The translations under genes were made by a program, and so were the position numbers. A stretch of DNA of 64,000 nucleotides from an uncultured Acidobacteriota bacterium (lineage in GTDB: Bacteria > Acidobacteriota > Vicinamibacteria > Vicinamibacterales > SCN-69-37). The stretch lies in the NCBI GenBank assembly GCA_963724955.1, contig CAVRWQ010000012.1, positions 211,514 through 275,513 of the forward strand, in the 5' to 3' direction. Of this stretch, positions 1 through 9,387 are shown in pieces (the first letter of the stretch is position 1; every line of letters begins with the position of its first letter). The notes under the pieces are model-generated. The model was given only the letters and a program-made list of their open reading frames with translations, ran no database searches and was not told the DNA's origin.

Positions 1-27
1 ATCTACAAGGCGGCCTGATGTGGCGCA

Positions 28-57
28 TGTCGAGCCGTCGACGTCGGCGGCTCGACA
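28..57 (+). terminator. Hairpin downstream of a truncated upstream CDS (the window begins with ...IYKAA-stop, stop at 16-18)
   Basis: TGTCGAGCCG (28-37) is the reverse complement of CGGCTCGACA (48-57). It is followed by TTG, with no clear U-tract. Confidence 0.3.
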
Positions 58-105
58 TTGCACGCAGCGCCGAAGGGCCCGTGAGCTTCGCGGAAGGAGA
101 CTGAT

Positions 106-633
106 ATGAGACAGACCCAGACCTTGCCGCCACGGACACGCCGTCTCCTGGATATTCAGGGGTTCGACACCGTCGACGTGCGGGAGCTCGCGCCCGTCGC
201 CCCCTGGTTGCGCCTGGCGTTTGGGCTGTGCGCGTTGCTCGGCGGCGTGGGGACTCTCTTGGCGTCGCCCACCATTCTCCTCGCGCTCACGCTGATCGCG
301 GCGCTTGCGGCGGCGTCGCCCGTTCACCCCTTCGACCTCATTTACAACTACGGGATCCGCCACCTCACCGGGACCGGACCGCTGCCCAGGCGTGGCGTGC
401 CGTCCCGTTTCGGGTGCGGGATGGGCGCGGTATTGCTGCTGGTCACGGCGTGGGCGTTCTCGGCCGGACACCTGGTCTTCGGCTACGCGCTCGGCGGCGT
501 GCTCACGTTCGTGGTGCTTCTCGTGAGCACGACGGACATCTGCATTCCGTCCCTGATCTATCGGGCGATCTTTGGCTGGCCGCGTGCCCCCGGTCAGCTC
601 GCCGACTCTCAACCGCCGACGACATTGGCTTGA
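106..633 (+). CDS. DUF4395-like integral membrane protein
   Basis: Intact 175-aa ORF with a GGAAGGAG RBS upstream and several hydrophobic helices. It resembles the DUF4395 family, which is often linked to thiol/sulfur genes. The family call is from memory. Confidence 0.65.
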   Translation: MRQTQTLPPRTRRLLDIQGFDTVDVRELAPVAPWLRLAFGLCALLGGVGTLLASPTILLALTLIAALAAASPVHPFDLIYNYGIRHLTGTGPLPRRGVPSRFGCGMGAVLLLVTAWAFSAGHLVFGYALGGVLTFVVLLVSTTDICIPSLIYRAIFGWPRAPGQLADSQPPTTLA

Positions 634-660
634 CAGACTATATTCAAGTAGTCTATTGAT
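630..660 (+). promoter_or_regulatory. Putative promoter plus palindromic operator upstream of the ArsR-rhodanese gene
   Basis: TTGACA at 630-635. Inverted repeat AGACTA (635-640), 8-nt spacer, TAGTCT (649-654), in an AT-rich island just before the start codon. The -10 element is ambiguous (TATTGA about 654-659). Confidence 0.35.
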
Positions 661-669
661 TACTTGTAT

Positions 670-1359
670 ATGGCTGACGCCTCCCACCGCCGCTTCAAAG
701 ACCGGCTCTACGCGCAGTACGCTCGCATCGGCAAGGCCCTCGGGAATCCGCATCGGCTCGAGCTTCTCGAATTGCTCGCTCAGAGCGAGCGAACCGTCGA
801 ATCGCTCGCGAATGAAATCGGTGTGTCCATGGCCAACACATCCCAGCACCTGCAAGTCCTGCGGGGTGCCGGCCTCGTTGATACGCGAAGGACCGGGCTG
901 TTCGTTCATTACCGGCTCGCCGATGACGCCGTGGTTCCGCTGAGTACGGCACTCCGCACGGTTGCCGAGCGGCGGCTCGCTGATCTCGACCGATTGGTGC
1001 GAGACGAATTCAAGGGCCGGGCCGCAGCTGAGGCGGTCAGCTTCGCCGACCTTCTGGAACGCTCCCGTCGAGATGACGTCGTCATCCTCGACACACGGCC
1101 CACGCACGAATACCAGGCGGGACACATCCCCGGCGCCCTGTCCGTTCCGGTTGATGAGTTGCAGCAGCGGCTCCGTCGCCTGCCGAAGGGGAAGGACTAC
1201 GTGGCCTACTGCCGTGGACCGTACTGCGTGTACGCCGATCGCGCGGTCGAATTCCTTCGGGCGAGTGGCCGCAGGGCTCAACGGCTGAAAGAGGGGTTTC
1301 CGGAATGGAAGGCCGCAGGATTCCCAATCGAAGTCGCCCTGCGGGAAGGAGCTCGGTGA
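670..1359 (+). CDS. ArsR/SmtB-family transcriptional regulator fused to a C-terminal rhodanese domain
   Basis: N-terminal HTH (HRLELLELLAQSERTVESLANEIGVSMANTSQHLQVLRGAGLV). C-terminal rhodanese with the active-site loop YCRGPYC. An alternative TTG start lies at 664. Confidence 0.85.
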   Translation: MADASHRRFKDRLYAQYARIGKALGNPHRLELLELLAQSERTVESLANEIGVSMANTSQHLQVLRGAGLVDTRRTGLFVHYRLADDAVVPLSTALRTVAERRLADLDRLVRDEFKGRAAAEAVSFADLLERSRRDDVVILDTRPTHEYQAGHIPGALSVPVDELQQRLRRLPKGKDYVAYCRGPYCVYADRAVEFLRASGRRAQRLKEGFPEWKAAGFPIEVALREGAR

Positions 1360-1387
1360 TGTTGCTCGAACGCTCCAGGACAAGATC

Positions 1388-2131
1388 ATGATTTTCAGAC
1401 CCTTCACCTATTTCGATACTGGCTGCGCATCGTACCTGTTCGGTTGCGGCTCCCTCGGAAAATGCGCCGTCGTAGATCCACGCGCTGACGATGTGTGGAC
1501 CTACCAGGAATTTGCCGCCTCAAAGGGGATGAAGATCACCCACGTCATCGATACTCATGTCCACGCCGACCATCGATCAGGCGGGCGTCAGCTCGCCGAG
1601 GCAACGGGTGCGGCGTACTGCCTGCACGAATCCGCCGATGTCGCCTTTGCATTCACGCCGCTCCGCGACGGCGAAGAGATTGAGCTCGGAAACACGCGCA
1701 TCACGGTTCTCCACACACCTGGGCACACACCGGAGAGCGTGTGCCTCCTGGTGACGGACCTCAAGCGCGGCCCCGAGCCATGGTTTGTCGTCACCGGCGA
1801 CACGCTCTTCGTCGGAGCGGTCGGCCGGCCCGACCTGCCCGGCCATGCCCGCGAGAACGCCGAGGCGCTTCATCGCAGTCTCCACGAGCGACTGCTCACG
1901 CTGCCCAATGACGTAGAAATCTACCCGGGCCATTTCTCAGGGTCCCTGTGCGGCACCGGGCTCAGCGGCAAGCCCTGCAGCACGATCGCCTTCGAGAAGC
2001 GATGGAACCCTCTGCTGTCGATGCCGCGAGAGGCGTTCGTCGAGGCACTCGCCCACGTGCCGGCGAAACCGGTCGCCATGGAGACCATCCTCGCTTTCAA
2101 CACGGGCGTCGGCGTTCCGACCCCCTCATGA
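1388..2131 (+). CDS. MBL-fold metallo-hydrolase (persulfide dioxygenase / glyoxalase II-like)
   Basis: Intact 247-aa ORF with the THVHADH metal-binding motif. It sits in an operon context with the ArsR-rhodanese gene. Confidence 0.8.
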   Translation: MIFRPFTYFDTGCASYLFGCGSLGKCAVVDPRADDVWTYQEFAASKGMKITHVIDTHVHADHRSGGRQLAEATGAAYCLHESADVAFAFTPLRDGEEIELGNTRITVLHTPGHTPESVCLLVTDLKRGPEPWFVVTGDTLFVGAVGRPDLPGHARENAEALHRSLHERLLTLPNDVEIYPGHFSGSLCGTGLSGKPCSTIAFEKRWNPLLSMPREAFVEALAHVPAKPVAMETILAFNTGVGVPTPS

Positions 2132-3391
2132 CGATTCGCGCGACGTCGTACCCGACGCCCATTCGGCTCGGACTCCGCGAAAACGCAGGTCAGTTTGGCC
2201 TGCTCGTGCTCGTGAACGCCTTCGTCGGGGCGATGGCCGGCATGGAACGCAGCATCCTGCCGCTGATTGCCGAGGCCGAGTTCAGCCTGGTCGCGCGCAC
2301 GAGCATCCTGTCATTCATTCTCGTCTTCGGCCTGACCAAGGCGCTGACGAACTACGCGGCCGGCCGCCTCGCGGACGATTTCGGCCGCCGGCGCGTGCTC
2401 ATAGCCGGCTGGCTCGTTGCCGTGCCCGTGCCGTTCATTCTGATGTGGGCGCCGAGCTGGAACTGGATTCTGTTTGGCAACGCCCTGCTGGGGATCAGCC
2501 AGGGTCTGACCTGGTCGGTCACCGTCATCATGAAGATCGATCTGGTTGGCAGCGAACGTCGCGGCCTGGCCATGGGGCTGAACGAGTTCGCGGGCTACGT
2601 CGCCGTCGGCGGCTGCGGCCTTGGCGACCGGATGGATCGCGGCGCGGTATGGCCTCCGCCCTCAACCGTTCTACCTCGGTGTGGGTTTCGTGGTCATCGG
2701 GCTGCTCTTGTCGGTGCTCGTTGTCCGTGAAACAAGCGCGCACGTCGCCCTGGAGACGAAGCGCGCCGGCTCGGTGGGCCCGACACCGAGTCCCCGAGAA
2801 GTGTTTTGGCGCACCACCCTCACCGACCGGAGCCTGTCTGCCGTCAGCCAAGCCGGACTCGTGAACAACCTGAACGACGGCATGGCCTGGGGCCTGCTGC
2901 CGTCCGTGTTTGCCGCGTCGCAGATGACGCTGGACCAGGTTGGCATCCTGGCGGCCGTCTATCCTGCGACCTGGGGCGTCGGCCAGCTCGCGACCGGTGC
3001 GCTCTCCGATCGCCTGGGACGCAAGTGGTTGATCACGGCAGGGATGTGGACCCAGGCGGCCGGCCTGGCTGTGGTGTGTGCGTCGTCGGGTTTCGCCGGA
3101 TTCATGTTGGGGGGCGTTTTACTCGGTCTCGGAACGGCCATGGTTTATCCGACGTTACTCGCCGCGATCGGTGACGTCGCGTCGCCGACGTGGCGCAGTT
3201 CTGCCGTCGGGGTGTACCGGCTCTGGCGCGACCTGGGCTACGTGGCAGGCGCCCTCGTCGCTGGCATCGCTGCGGATGCGCTGGGGTTCGTCGGCGCGAT
3301 CTGGATCGTCGCCGCGGTCACGTTCCTATCGGGGGCTTTGGTCGCTGTTCGCATGACGGAAACGCTTCGACGGCCCGCTGCCGTTTCTTGA
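2128..3391 (+). CDS. MFS transporter; frame disrupted once near 2600-2640 in this assembly
   Basis: The ATG at 2128 overlaps the MBL stop (ATGA). The N-half is in the frame of ORF 1948..2730 (MTIRATSYP...GLAMGLNEFAGYVAVGG). The C-half is ORF 2621..3391. Multiple TM helices throughout. Confidence 0.8.
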
Positions 3392-3449
3392 CCCGATTCG
3401 GAAGGACTGACGCTGTGGCTGTTACCTGGAGCGAACGTGCACGCCCGAA

Positions 3450-4153
3450 AGCCTTGAAATCGCACCAATGAACTGCTGCGCGCCGACGACGGGCTCTGGC
3501 TGGGGCTGGTTCCCCGTGCTTTGCACGCCTTGCGAGAATCTCGAGCCCGAACCGCTCCAGTGGCTGCTCGATCCCGCGCCGACCCCAACCGCGGCGGCCC
3601 GCGACATTCCGGCACTGCCCTTGACTACGTCATCCAGACATACGCACGCGACCCCCAGAGCCTCACGGCCTGCATCGAAATGCTCCTGGCCGGTGGAGCC
3701 CACACGCGCTACAACATTCCCGGCATCGTCCCGATCCTCCGCGGCCGCACCGACGAACTGGCCACCCTTCTAACTGCCGACCCGGCGCTCATCCACCGCC
3801 GCTATCCCGAGCTGGACTGCGGTCCTTCCGGCAGGCGCCTGCTCGCGCTCCGAGGCGCAACCGTCCTCCACGTCGACGCCGAATACGGTTTCTTCGACGC
3901 CACCACGCCTCCTCGACCGCGGCGCCGACGTCAACGCGCGCGCTGACGTCGACGCAGACGGCGTCGGCGGTCAGACCCCAATCTTCCACGCGCTGACCCA
4001 TTTCAAAGGCGTGAACCCTGAAGTCGCCCAACTCCTTGTCGATCGCGGCGCCGACCTCACCATCCGCGCCGCGTCCCCGGCCACTACGAGTGTCCGGGAG
4101 GACTCCTCACTGTGTCCGCAGCCGAGTACGCCGCGATCTTTCCGCTGCCTTAG
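3450..4153 (+). pseudogene. Ankyrin-repeat protein remnant (5'-truncated, at least 2 frameshifts)
   Basis: Fragments ALDYVIQTYARDPQSL..., RGATVLHVDAEYG, ADVDADGVGGQTPIFHALTHF..., VAQLLVDRGADLTIRA and ...VPGHYECPGGLLTVSAAEYAAIFPLP-stop (TAG 4151-4153) lie in three frames. There is no plausible N-terminus after the MFS stop. Confidence 0.55.
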
Positions 4154-4300
4154 GAGCCTCGACGACGAAGCTGTCGGAACCGAACTCGGAGGCAGAAGCG
4201 CTGCCCTGGTCAGTTTTTCCTCGGAATTGGCGTTCGATCTGAAGTGGCCAAGCGGGCGGAGGCTATACCGCGATTCACGGAGCCGCGGATTATTAGCAAC

Positions 4301-4330
4301 GTCGTGTTGTGGGATTCTCCACAACACGAC
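4301..4330. repeat. Perfect 12-bp-stem hairpin in otherwise non-coding DNA
   Basis: GTCGTGTTGTGG (4301-4312), loop GATTCT, CCACAACACGAC (4319-4330). Confidence 0.8.
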
Positions 4331-5095
4331 AGACCCTAAAACCACTCGCAGTCCAACTCTGCCGGAGGGGGTATTCCTCGTGTCCAGGGGACCCGACGAT
4401 AGTCGTAACGAACTCAGGGACCGTGCGCCCGATCGCCAAGACGTGCTCATCGCGGACGCCACTGTGCCGCCACCCGCGCGGCGTCCCGAGGCGATTGATC
4501 ATGGAGGCGCCGCCGTTCGACTGCCGCCAGTTCGCTTTCCTGCCGGGGGTCGCGTGTGGGGCCAGCGCGCTCTCCGGCACGCTGGCCCGGTCGGTGGCCC
4601 CGTCGTCGGCCCCTCGCGCTGGCCCCGCCACGTGAAATCCCACGCCGATTGGCGCGGGATCGCGCCCGAAGTCGGGCGCAGCGAGAAGGCTCTCTGGGGT
4701 CGTAGCCGACGGGGGAGCGACCCCACCCGGCGCCACGCGCTGCGCGCCCAGCGCCGGCCCCGCCCGTGTTGGTGCCGACCGCCGTGATTCGGTTCGTTCA
4801 CGACTGTGAGTCGTGGCTCCTTGTTGCGCGCTTGGCCCACGCCCGCGCGGTCGCCGTGGCTGGCGGCCGTGCGGGATCACGGGCCGAGATTTTCCAGTCC
4901 GGTAAAATCTTCCCCGCCGCAGCCCGCGTGGCATTTGTTCCCGCCCGGTAAGAAATTCTCAGGTGCGGCGCGGTGAGGCGCCGCGCAATTGCGACTAGCA
5001 TAACCGAGCCAGCGGTGTCAAGTTCGGGCCACACGTTCCCGTTCGGTCAGGGGACGAATCGGTGCGATTCCCCAGTAAAAACAGCAAAAAGGCCC

Positions 5096-5124
5096 TTGTA
5101 CACGGGTCGTTTTGGTACTATCAT
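5096..5124 (+). promoter_or_regulatory. Candidate sigma-70-type promoter facing the resolvase gene
   Basis: TTGTAC (5096-5101), 17-nt spacer, TATCAT (5119-5124), in a locally AT-richer stretch about 150 nt upstream of the resolvase start. Confidence 0.3.
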
Positions 5125-5277
5125 CACGGCGTGCATTCGCCTCCCCCGCTCGCGCTTCATCCGTCCGATTCCGTCGAAAAGGGCAGCCTGCTGCCCGCCC
5201 GCCTCGACCGTCATCAAATCCAAGGCGGCGGTCCCCGTCATGGAACGCGGGCCGTCCCCGCCCCCCTGCCGCGGGCC

Positions 5278-5966
5278 GTGCCGTACCTGCGCGTCAGCAC
5301 GGCCGAGCAAGGCGCGAGCGGCTTGGGCTTGGAGGCGCAGCAGGCGGCCATCGCCGCGACCGCGGCGCGGCTCGGCGTGCCGCTCGCCGCCGCGTGTGTC
5401 GATGCGGGCGTCAGCGGCGGCCTGCCGCTCGAACAGCGGCCCGCGTTGATCGCCGCGCTCGACCAGTTGCAGCCGGGCGACGTGCTGGTCGTGGCCAAGC
5501 GGGATCGGTTGGGCCGCAGCGTGCTCAACGTCGCGCTGATCGAGCGGCTGGTCAGTCGCAAGGGCGCGCGGGTCGTGTCGTGCGCGGGCGAAGGATCGGA
5601 CGACGACGGGCCGACGTCGCTGCTGATGCGGCAGATCATCGATGCGTTCAGCCAGTATGAACGGGAACTGATCCGGCATCGCACGCGGGCGGCGATGGCG
5701 GCGAAGCGGCGGCGCGGCGAGTGGCTGGGGCATTGTCCGTGCACGGCACCGCGCGCAGTGCCGATGGCCGCACGCTCGTGCCGCACGAGGCCGAGCGCGC
5801 CACCCTGCGGCGGCTCTGGCACCTGCGGCGCGACGGGCTGACGTTGCAGGGCATTGCGGACGCGCTGAACGCGCAAGGCTCGCGCACGCGGCGCGGGTCG
5901 CCGTGGTCGAATCAGATGGTGAGCTTGCTGCTCACGCGCCATCGCGAGCCGGAGGCGGCCGCCTGA
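5278..5966 (+). CDS. Small serine recombinase (resolvase/invertase type); one frameshift near 5720
   Basis: VPYLRVSTAEQ catalytic-Ser motif, then VLVVAKRDRLGRS and IDAFSQYERELIRHRT. The C-terminal HTH part (LRRDGLTLQGIADALNAQG) continues in ORF 5721..5966. GTG start inferred. Confidence 0.8.
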
Positions 5967-5967
5967 A

Positions 5968-6012
5968 CGATCGGAGGGCCGATCGGACGCGACGATCGGA
6001 CGGACGATCGGT
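5968..6012. repeat. 4 tandem 12-13-bp units with a CGATCGG(A/T) core
   Basis: CGATCGG(A/T) starts at 5968, 5980, 5993 and 6005, immediately after the resolvase stop. Confidence 0.75.
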
Positions 6013-6119
6013 GAGGCGAGTTGTGAAGTGCAGCACATCGTGCTAGCCTCACCGGCCATCGAACAAGGTCAGTGCGGTGCTGTCCTCGTGCCGGGTGAAG
6101 TCCCGGCGCGGAGGACCGC

Positions 6120-6311
6120 GTGCCCGCGTACCGCCACCGCACGTTCCGCGTTCCGACTCCCCTCGATGCCGAGTTCCGCCGGATCGCGCAGCGTCGCGGC
6201 ACGCTCAGCCAAGGCGTTCGTGAGGCGATCGCGGATTACATCGCCCGCCATCGTCGTGCCCGTCGGCGGGATCGCGCCACGCCCGTCGCGAAGCGCGAGG
6301 CCGCCTCGTGA
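6120..6311 (+). CDS. Ribbon-helix-helix (CopG/Arc/MetJ-like) small DNA-binding protein
   Basis: 63-aa ORF, GTG start. RTFRVPTPLDAEFRRIAQRRGTLSQGVREAIADYIARH fits a beta-strand plus two helices, with a basic tail. High GC3. Confidence 0.6.
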   Translation: MPAYRHRTFRVPTPLDAEFRRIAQRRGTLSQGVREAIADYIARHRRARRRDRATPVAKREAAS

Positions 6312-6322
6312 CGCGCGCGGTG

Positions 6323-6422
6323 CCGATCGTCGGTCCGATCGTCGTGTCCGATCGTCGGTCCGATCGTCGGGCCGATCGTCGTGGCCGATCGTCGGGTCCG
6401 ATCGTCGGGGCCGATCGTGCCG
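6323..6422. repeat. 8 tandem 12-13-bp units with a CCGATCGT(C/G) core (iteron/operator-like array)
   Basis: Units start at 6323, 6335, 6348, 6360, 6372, 6385, 6398 and 6411. The core CCGATCGT is the reverse complement of the ACGATCGG seen in the 5968-6012 array. Confidence 0.9.
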
Positions 6423-6617
6423 CCCGCCCCAGACGCCTCCACGACGACGCCCGCGAATGCGGGTGGCGGTCGAACCCGCATTGTCCCGACGCTCGCGGAC
6501 GGCCGCGACGCCGACGCCGCGAATGCGCGCGGTACTGGCTCCGGCGGCGACCGCGTTCGCGCGGCTGCTGGCGCGGATCGTCGTCGCGCAGGCGCGGACC
6601 CGCGGCGAGGGGGCGCG

Positions 6618-6905
6618 ATGAGCGGGCGCGGGAAAGCGGCCCCGTCGCTCGACCGCACGGGGACGCCGGAGACGAGGCGGCGGCTCGATGACATCATCCG
6701 CGCGGTGTTTCGCGGCGTGGCGGATCAGGGCCACTTCGTGTATGACCCGGACCTCGGCATCAACGGCACGCTGGCCGCGATGGTGCGCGACGAGTGCCGG
6801 ACGGTCGGACTTCGGGTCTCGCCCCGGCACATTCTGAAACGGGTCGCGGATGTCGGGTTCGGCGACGTGGACGTCGAACCCCGTGGCGAGGGGGTCACGC
6901 ACTGA
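6618..6905 (+). CDS. Hypothetical protein (95 aa; start uncertain, frame open from 6381)
   Basis: ATG at 6618, very high third-position GC. MSGRGKAAPSLDRTG...HILKRVADVGFGDVDVEPRGEGVTH. No recognisable family. Confidence 0.45.
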   Translation: MSGRGKAAPSLDRTGTPETRRRLDDIIRAVFRGVADQGHFVYDPDLGINGTLAAMVRDECRTVGLRVSPRHILKRVADVGFGDVDVEPRGEGVTH

Positions 6906-6959
6906 TGTGCGTGACCGGGAAGATCATCGACAGGCGATGACGACGGAGGACCCGACTCG

Positions 6960-8633
6960 ATGACGCTGACGACGCGCGTGCTCGTGTACGCCCGGTACAG
7001 CACGAGCCATCAGGACCCGAAGTCTATCGGTGACCAAGCGCGGGAATGTGCGGACTACGCCGCGGCCCGCCCGGACTGGCGCATCGTCGCGAGCCTGCGA
7101 CGACCCCGAACGGAGCGGCGCGGCGATGGCGCGCTGCGTCCCGGCTATCCGGCAGATGCTCGCCGGCCGTGCAAAGCCGGACGCGTCGACGTCGTGCTCG
7201 TGGACGACCTCTCGCGGCCTCGCGCGACATCGCCGAACCGTTCGTGTTCTTTCGCGAGTTGCAGTTCCGCCAGGTCCGGCTGGTCACCGTGCGCCGACGG
7301 CGAGATCAACGTGCTGACCTTGACGATGCGCTCGGCGATGAACTCGCAGTACCTCGACACCGTCCGAAATGGCAGACGCGCCGCGGACTGACGGGCGTGG
7401 TCCTCAGCGGCCGCTCCGGCGGCGGGTGCCCCTATGGCTACGTGCGTGGACCGGACGAAGCTCACGACGAACCGGCGCGGCGAGGTCGTGCCGGAGCGCG
7501 GGCCACTCTGACGATCGACCCGGCGCAGCCGCGATCGTGCAGCGCATCTTCCACGAGTTCGGCCTGCTCGGCCAGTCCCCGTTGGCGATCAGTCGGCGCT
7601 TGAACGCCGAGGGCGTGCCGCCGCCGTCCGCGCACTATCACCGCGACGCCGCCGCGCCCGACGCCGTGGAACCCGTCGACGCTGCGCGGCGACTTCACGA
7701 AGCAGAGCGGGATCCTCCGCAACACGCTGTACATCGGCGTGCGGACGTGGAACAAGCTCGAAGTACCGGAAGAACCCGACGGAGGGCCGTCGCGTCGGGT
7801 TCGTGCGCGAGGCGACCGAGGTCGTCACCACGAGCGTGCCCGCATCTGCGGATCGTGGACGACGTCGTGTGGCACGCGGCGCAGGCGCGGCTCGCGGCGA
7901 TGCGGACGGCCTCACGGGTCGGCGCGCTCGCCGGAACGGGCACGACGGCCGCAGCACCTGCTCTCCGGGCTGGCGAAGTGCGAGACGTGCGGCGCGTCGT
8001 TCGTGACCACGACGACGGATCGATGCTCGCGCTGCCACAACCACGCGGTGACCCAGACGTGCCGGAACCCCGCGCGCTCCGGCGCGAGGAGCTAGAGTCG
8101 CGCGTGCTCACGGCGCTGAAGGGGCCGCTCGTCGCCGACGGCGGACCGTTCGACGCGTTCTGCGCGGACCGTCGCGGCGGAGCGGGAGCGGCCGTCCACG
8201 ACGCGCGACGAGGGGCGCGAGGACGCCACGCGCGCACTGGCCGAGGTGTCCGCGGAAATTCAGCGTCTGGTCCGCGCCATTGCCAAGGGCGTCGACGCGC
8301 CCGAGATGGTCGCGGAGATGCAGGCGTTGCAGACAGCGCAAGGCGGCGCTCGTGGCGCGAACTGGCAGATCAGCAGCCGGCGGGAAAATTTGCCGCCGCT
8401 CGATGCGGCCGCGTTGCGCGTCGCCTTCACGGCGGCCGTCGCGCACCTTGAAGCAGCTGCTCGCCGCGGCCGACGAGACGCAGCGGGCGGAAGCGCGCGA
8501 GACTCCTGCGCAGCGTGATCGAGCGGATCGAGATCACGCCGGGCGACGGGCCGCTCTGGGTGGTCGGGAAGATCGAGGCGATTGTGCAAACGGCCGCAGG
8601 CGGGGATTCACGCGCTGCGGCCGACTGCAAAGC

Positions 8634-8655
<22 letters not shown>
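6960..8655 (+). CDS. Large serine recombinase (resolvase + recombinase + zinc-ribbon domains); many frame disruptions
   Basis: N-terminus VLVYARYSTSHQDPKSIGDQ. Later pieces in all three frames: VDVVLVDDLSR, GGGCPYGYV, IVQRIFHEFGLLGQSPLAISRRLNAEGVPPPS, LRIVDDVVWHAAQARL, HLLSGLAKCETCGASF, IERIEITPGDGPLWVVGKIEAIV. The last frame stops at TGA 8653-8655. Confidence 0.8.
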
Positions 8656-8710
<55 letters not shown>

Positions 8711-8848
8711 TCAGGACTTTCCATAGTATCCCGCGCGACTCTGCCGGTCAACGACTGACGCCCCCCAAACTGGCCGTCTGACACCTTTTTCCCCCAAACG
8801 ACGCGTATAGGAATGAGCCCGGATGTGCGGGCCGCAAAGGAGCCTGAA

Positions 8849-9238
8849 ATGCGCCGAATGTTGACGACCCTTCTGACCTGCGCCCTGGTTCTCTCCCTGG
8901 CGACGCCGGCTGCCGTGGCAGCGTCGACCGACCGGGACGAGGCGCCTGCCAAGGCGACCGCCGTGGTCGCGACGGCCGCGCCGGTGAATGTGACCCTCAA
9001 TTCCGCCCAGTTCCGTGCCTCGATCGACCGCGCAATGACCACCATCAAGACCGAGACGGTCGCCCAGCAGCGGCCCGGCCCCGTCATGCAGAAGCCGAAC
9101 AAGAAGCTTCGGCACCAGGGTGGCGGCAAGACCGGCCTCATCATCGGCCTCGTGAGCACGGCTGTCGGCCTGGCGGCCACCTACTACATGGTCAAGATGA
9201 TGCAGCAACAGCAGGAAGACCTTCAGAACCAGCAGTAG
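8849..9238 (+). CDS. Hypothetical exported protein with a C-terminal TM helix and Gln-rich tail
   Basis: AAAGGAG RBS. Signal peptide MRRMLTTLLTCALVLSLATPAAVAAS. C-terminus GLIIGLVSTAVGLAATYYMVKMMQQQQEDLQNQQ. Confidence 0.6.
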   Translation: MRRMLTTLLTCALVLSLATPAAVAASTDRDEAPAKATAVVATAAPVNVTLNSAQFRASIDRAMTTIKTETVAQQRPGPVMQKPNKKLRHQGGGKTGLIIGLVSTAVGLAATYYMVKMMQQQQEDLQNQQ

Positions 9239-9282
9239 GCCGCGCCGCGCGTCCCGACCGAGACGAACGGCACGTCCGCACT

Positions 9283-9315
9283 GAGGAGGCCGCGCGGCGG
9301 CCTCCTCTCTCTTGT
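9283..9315 (+). terminator. Rho-independent-type terminator
   Basis: GAGGAGGCCGC (9283-9293) pairs with GCGGCCTCCTC (9297-9307), followed by TCTCTTGT. Confidence 0.6.
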
Positions 9316-9387
9316 ACCGCCCCCTTTGTGCCGCCGCCGACGTATTGCAAAATGTCGCAACCCCCGGCAACGAATGGCGAGGTGTCT

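Noticed and set aside
4154-5277. Direct repeat of the tRNA-fMet 3' end (attL) marking the left end of the island
   Set aside because: By eye I found no second copy of TGGTTGCGGGG... or of the T-arm sequence anywhere left of the recombinases. None is expected for a serine-recombinase element anyway. A computed alignment would be needed to be sure.
6323-6422. Possible CRISPR array
   Set aside because: The units are only 12-13 bp and directly abutting, with no spacers. No cas genes or leader are present. It is a tandem repeat, not a CRISPR array.
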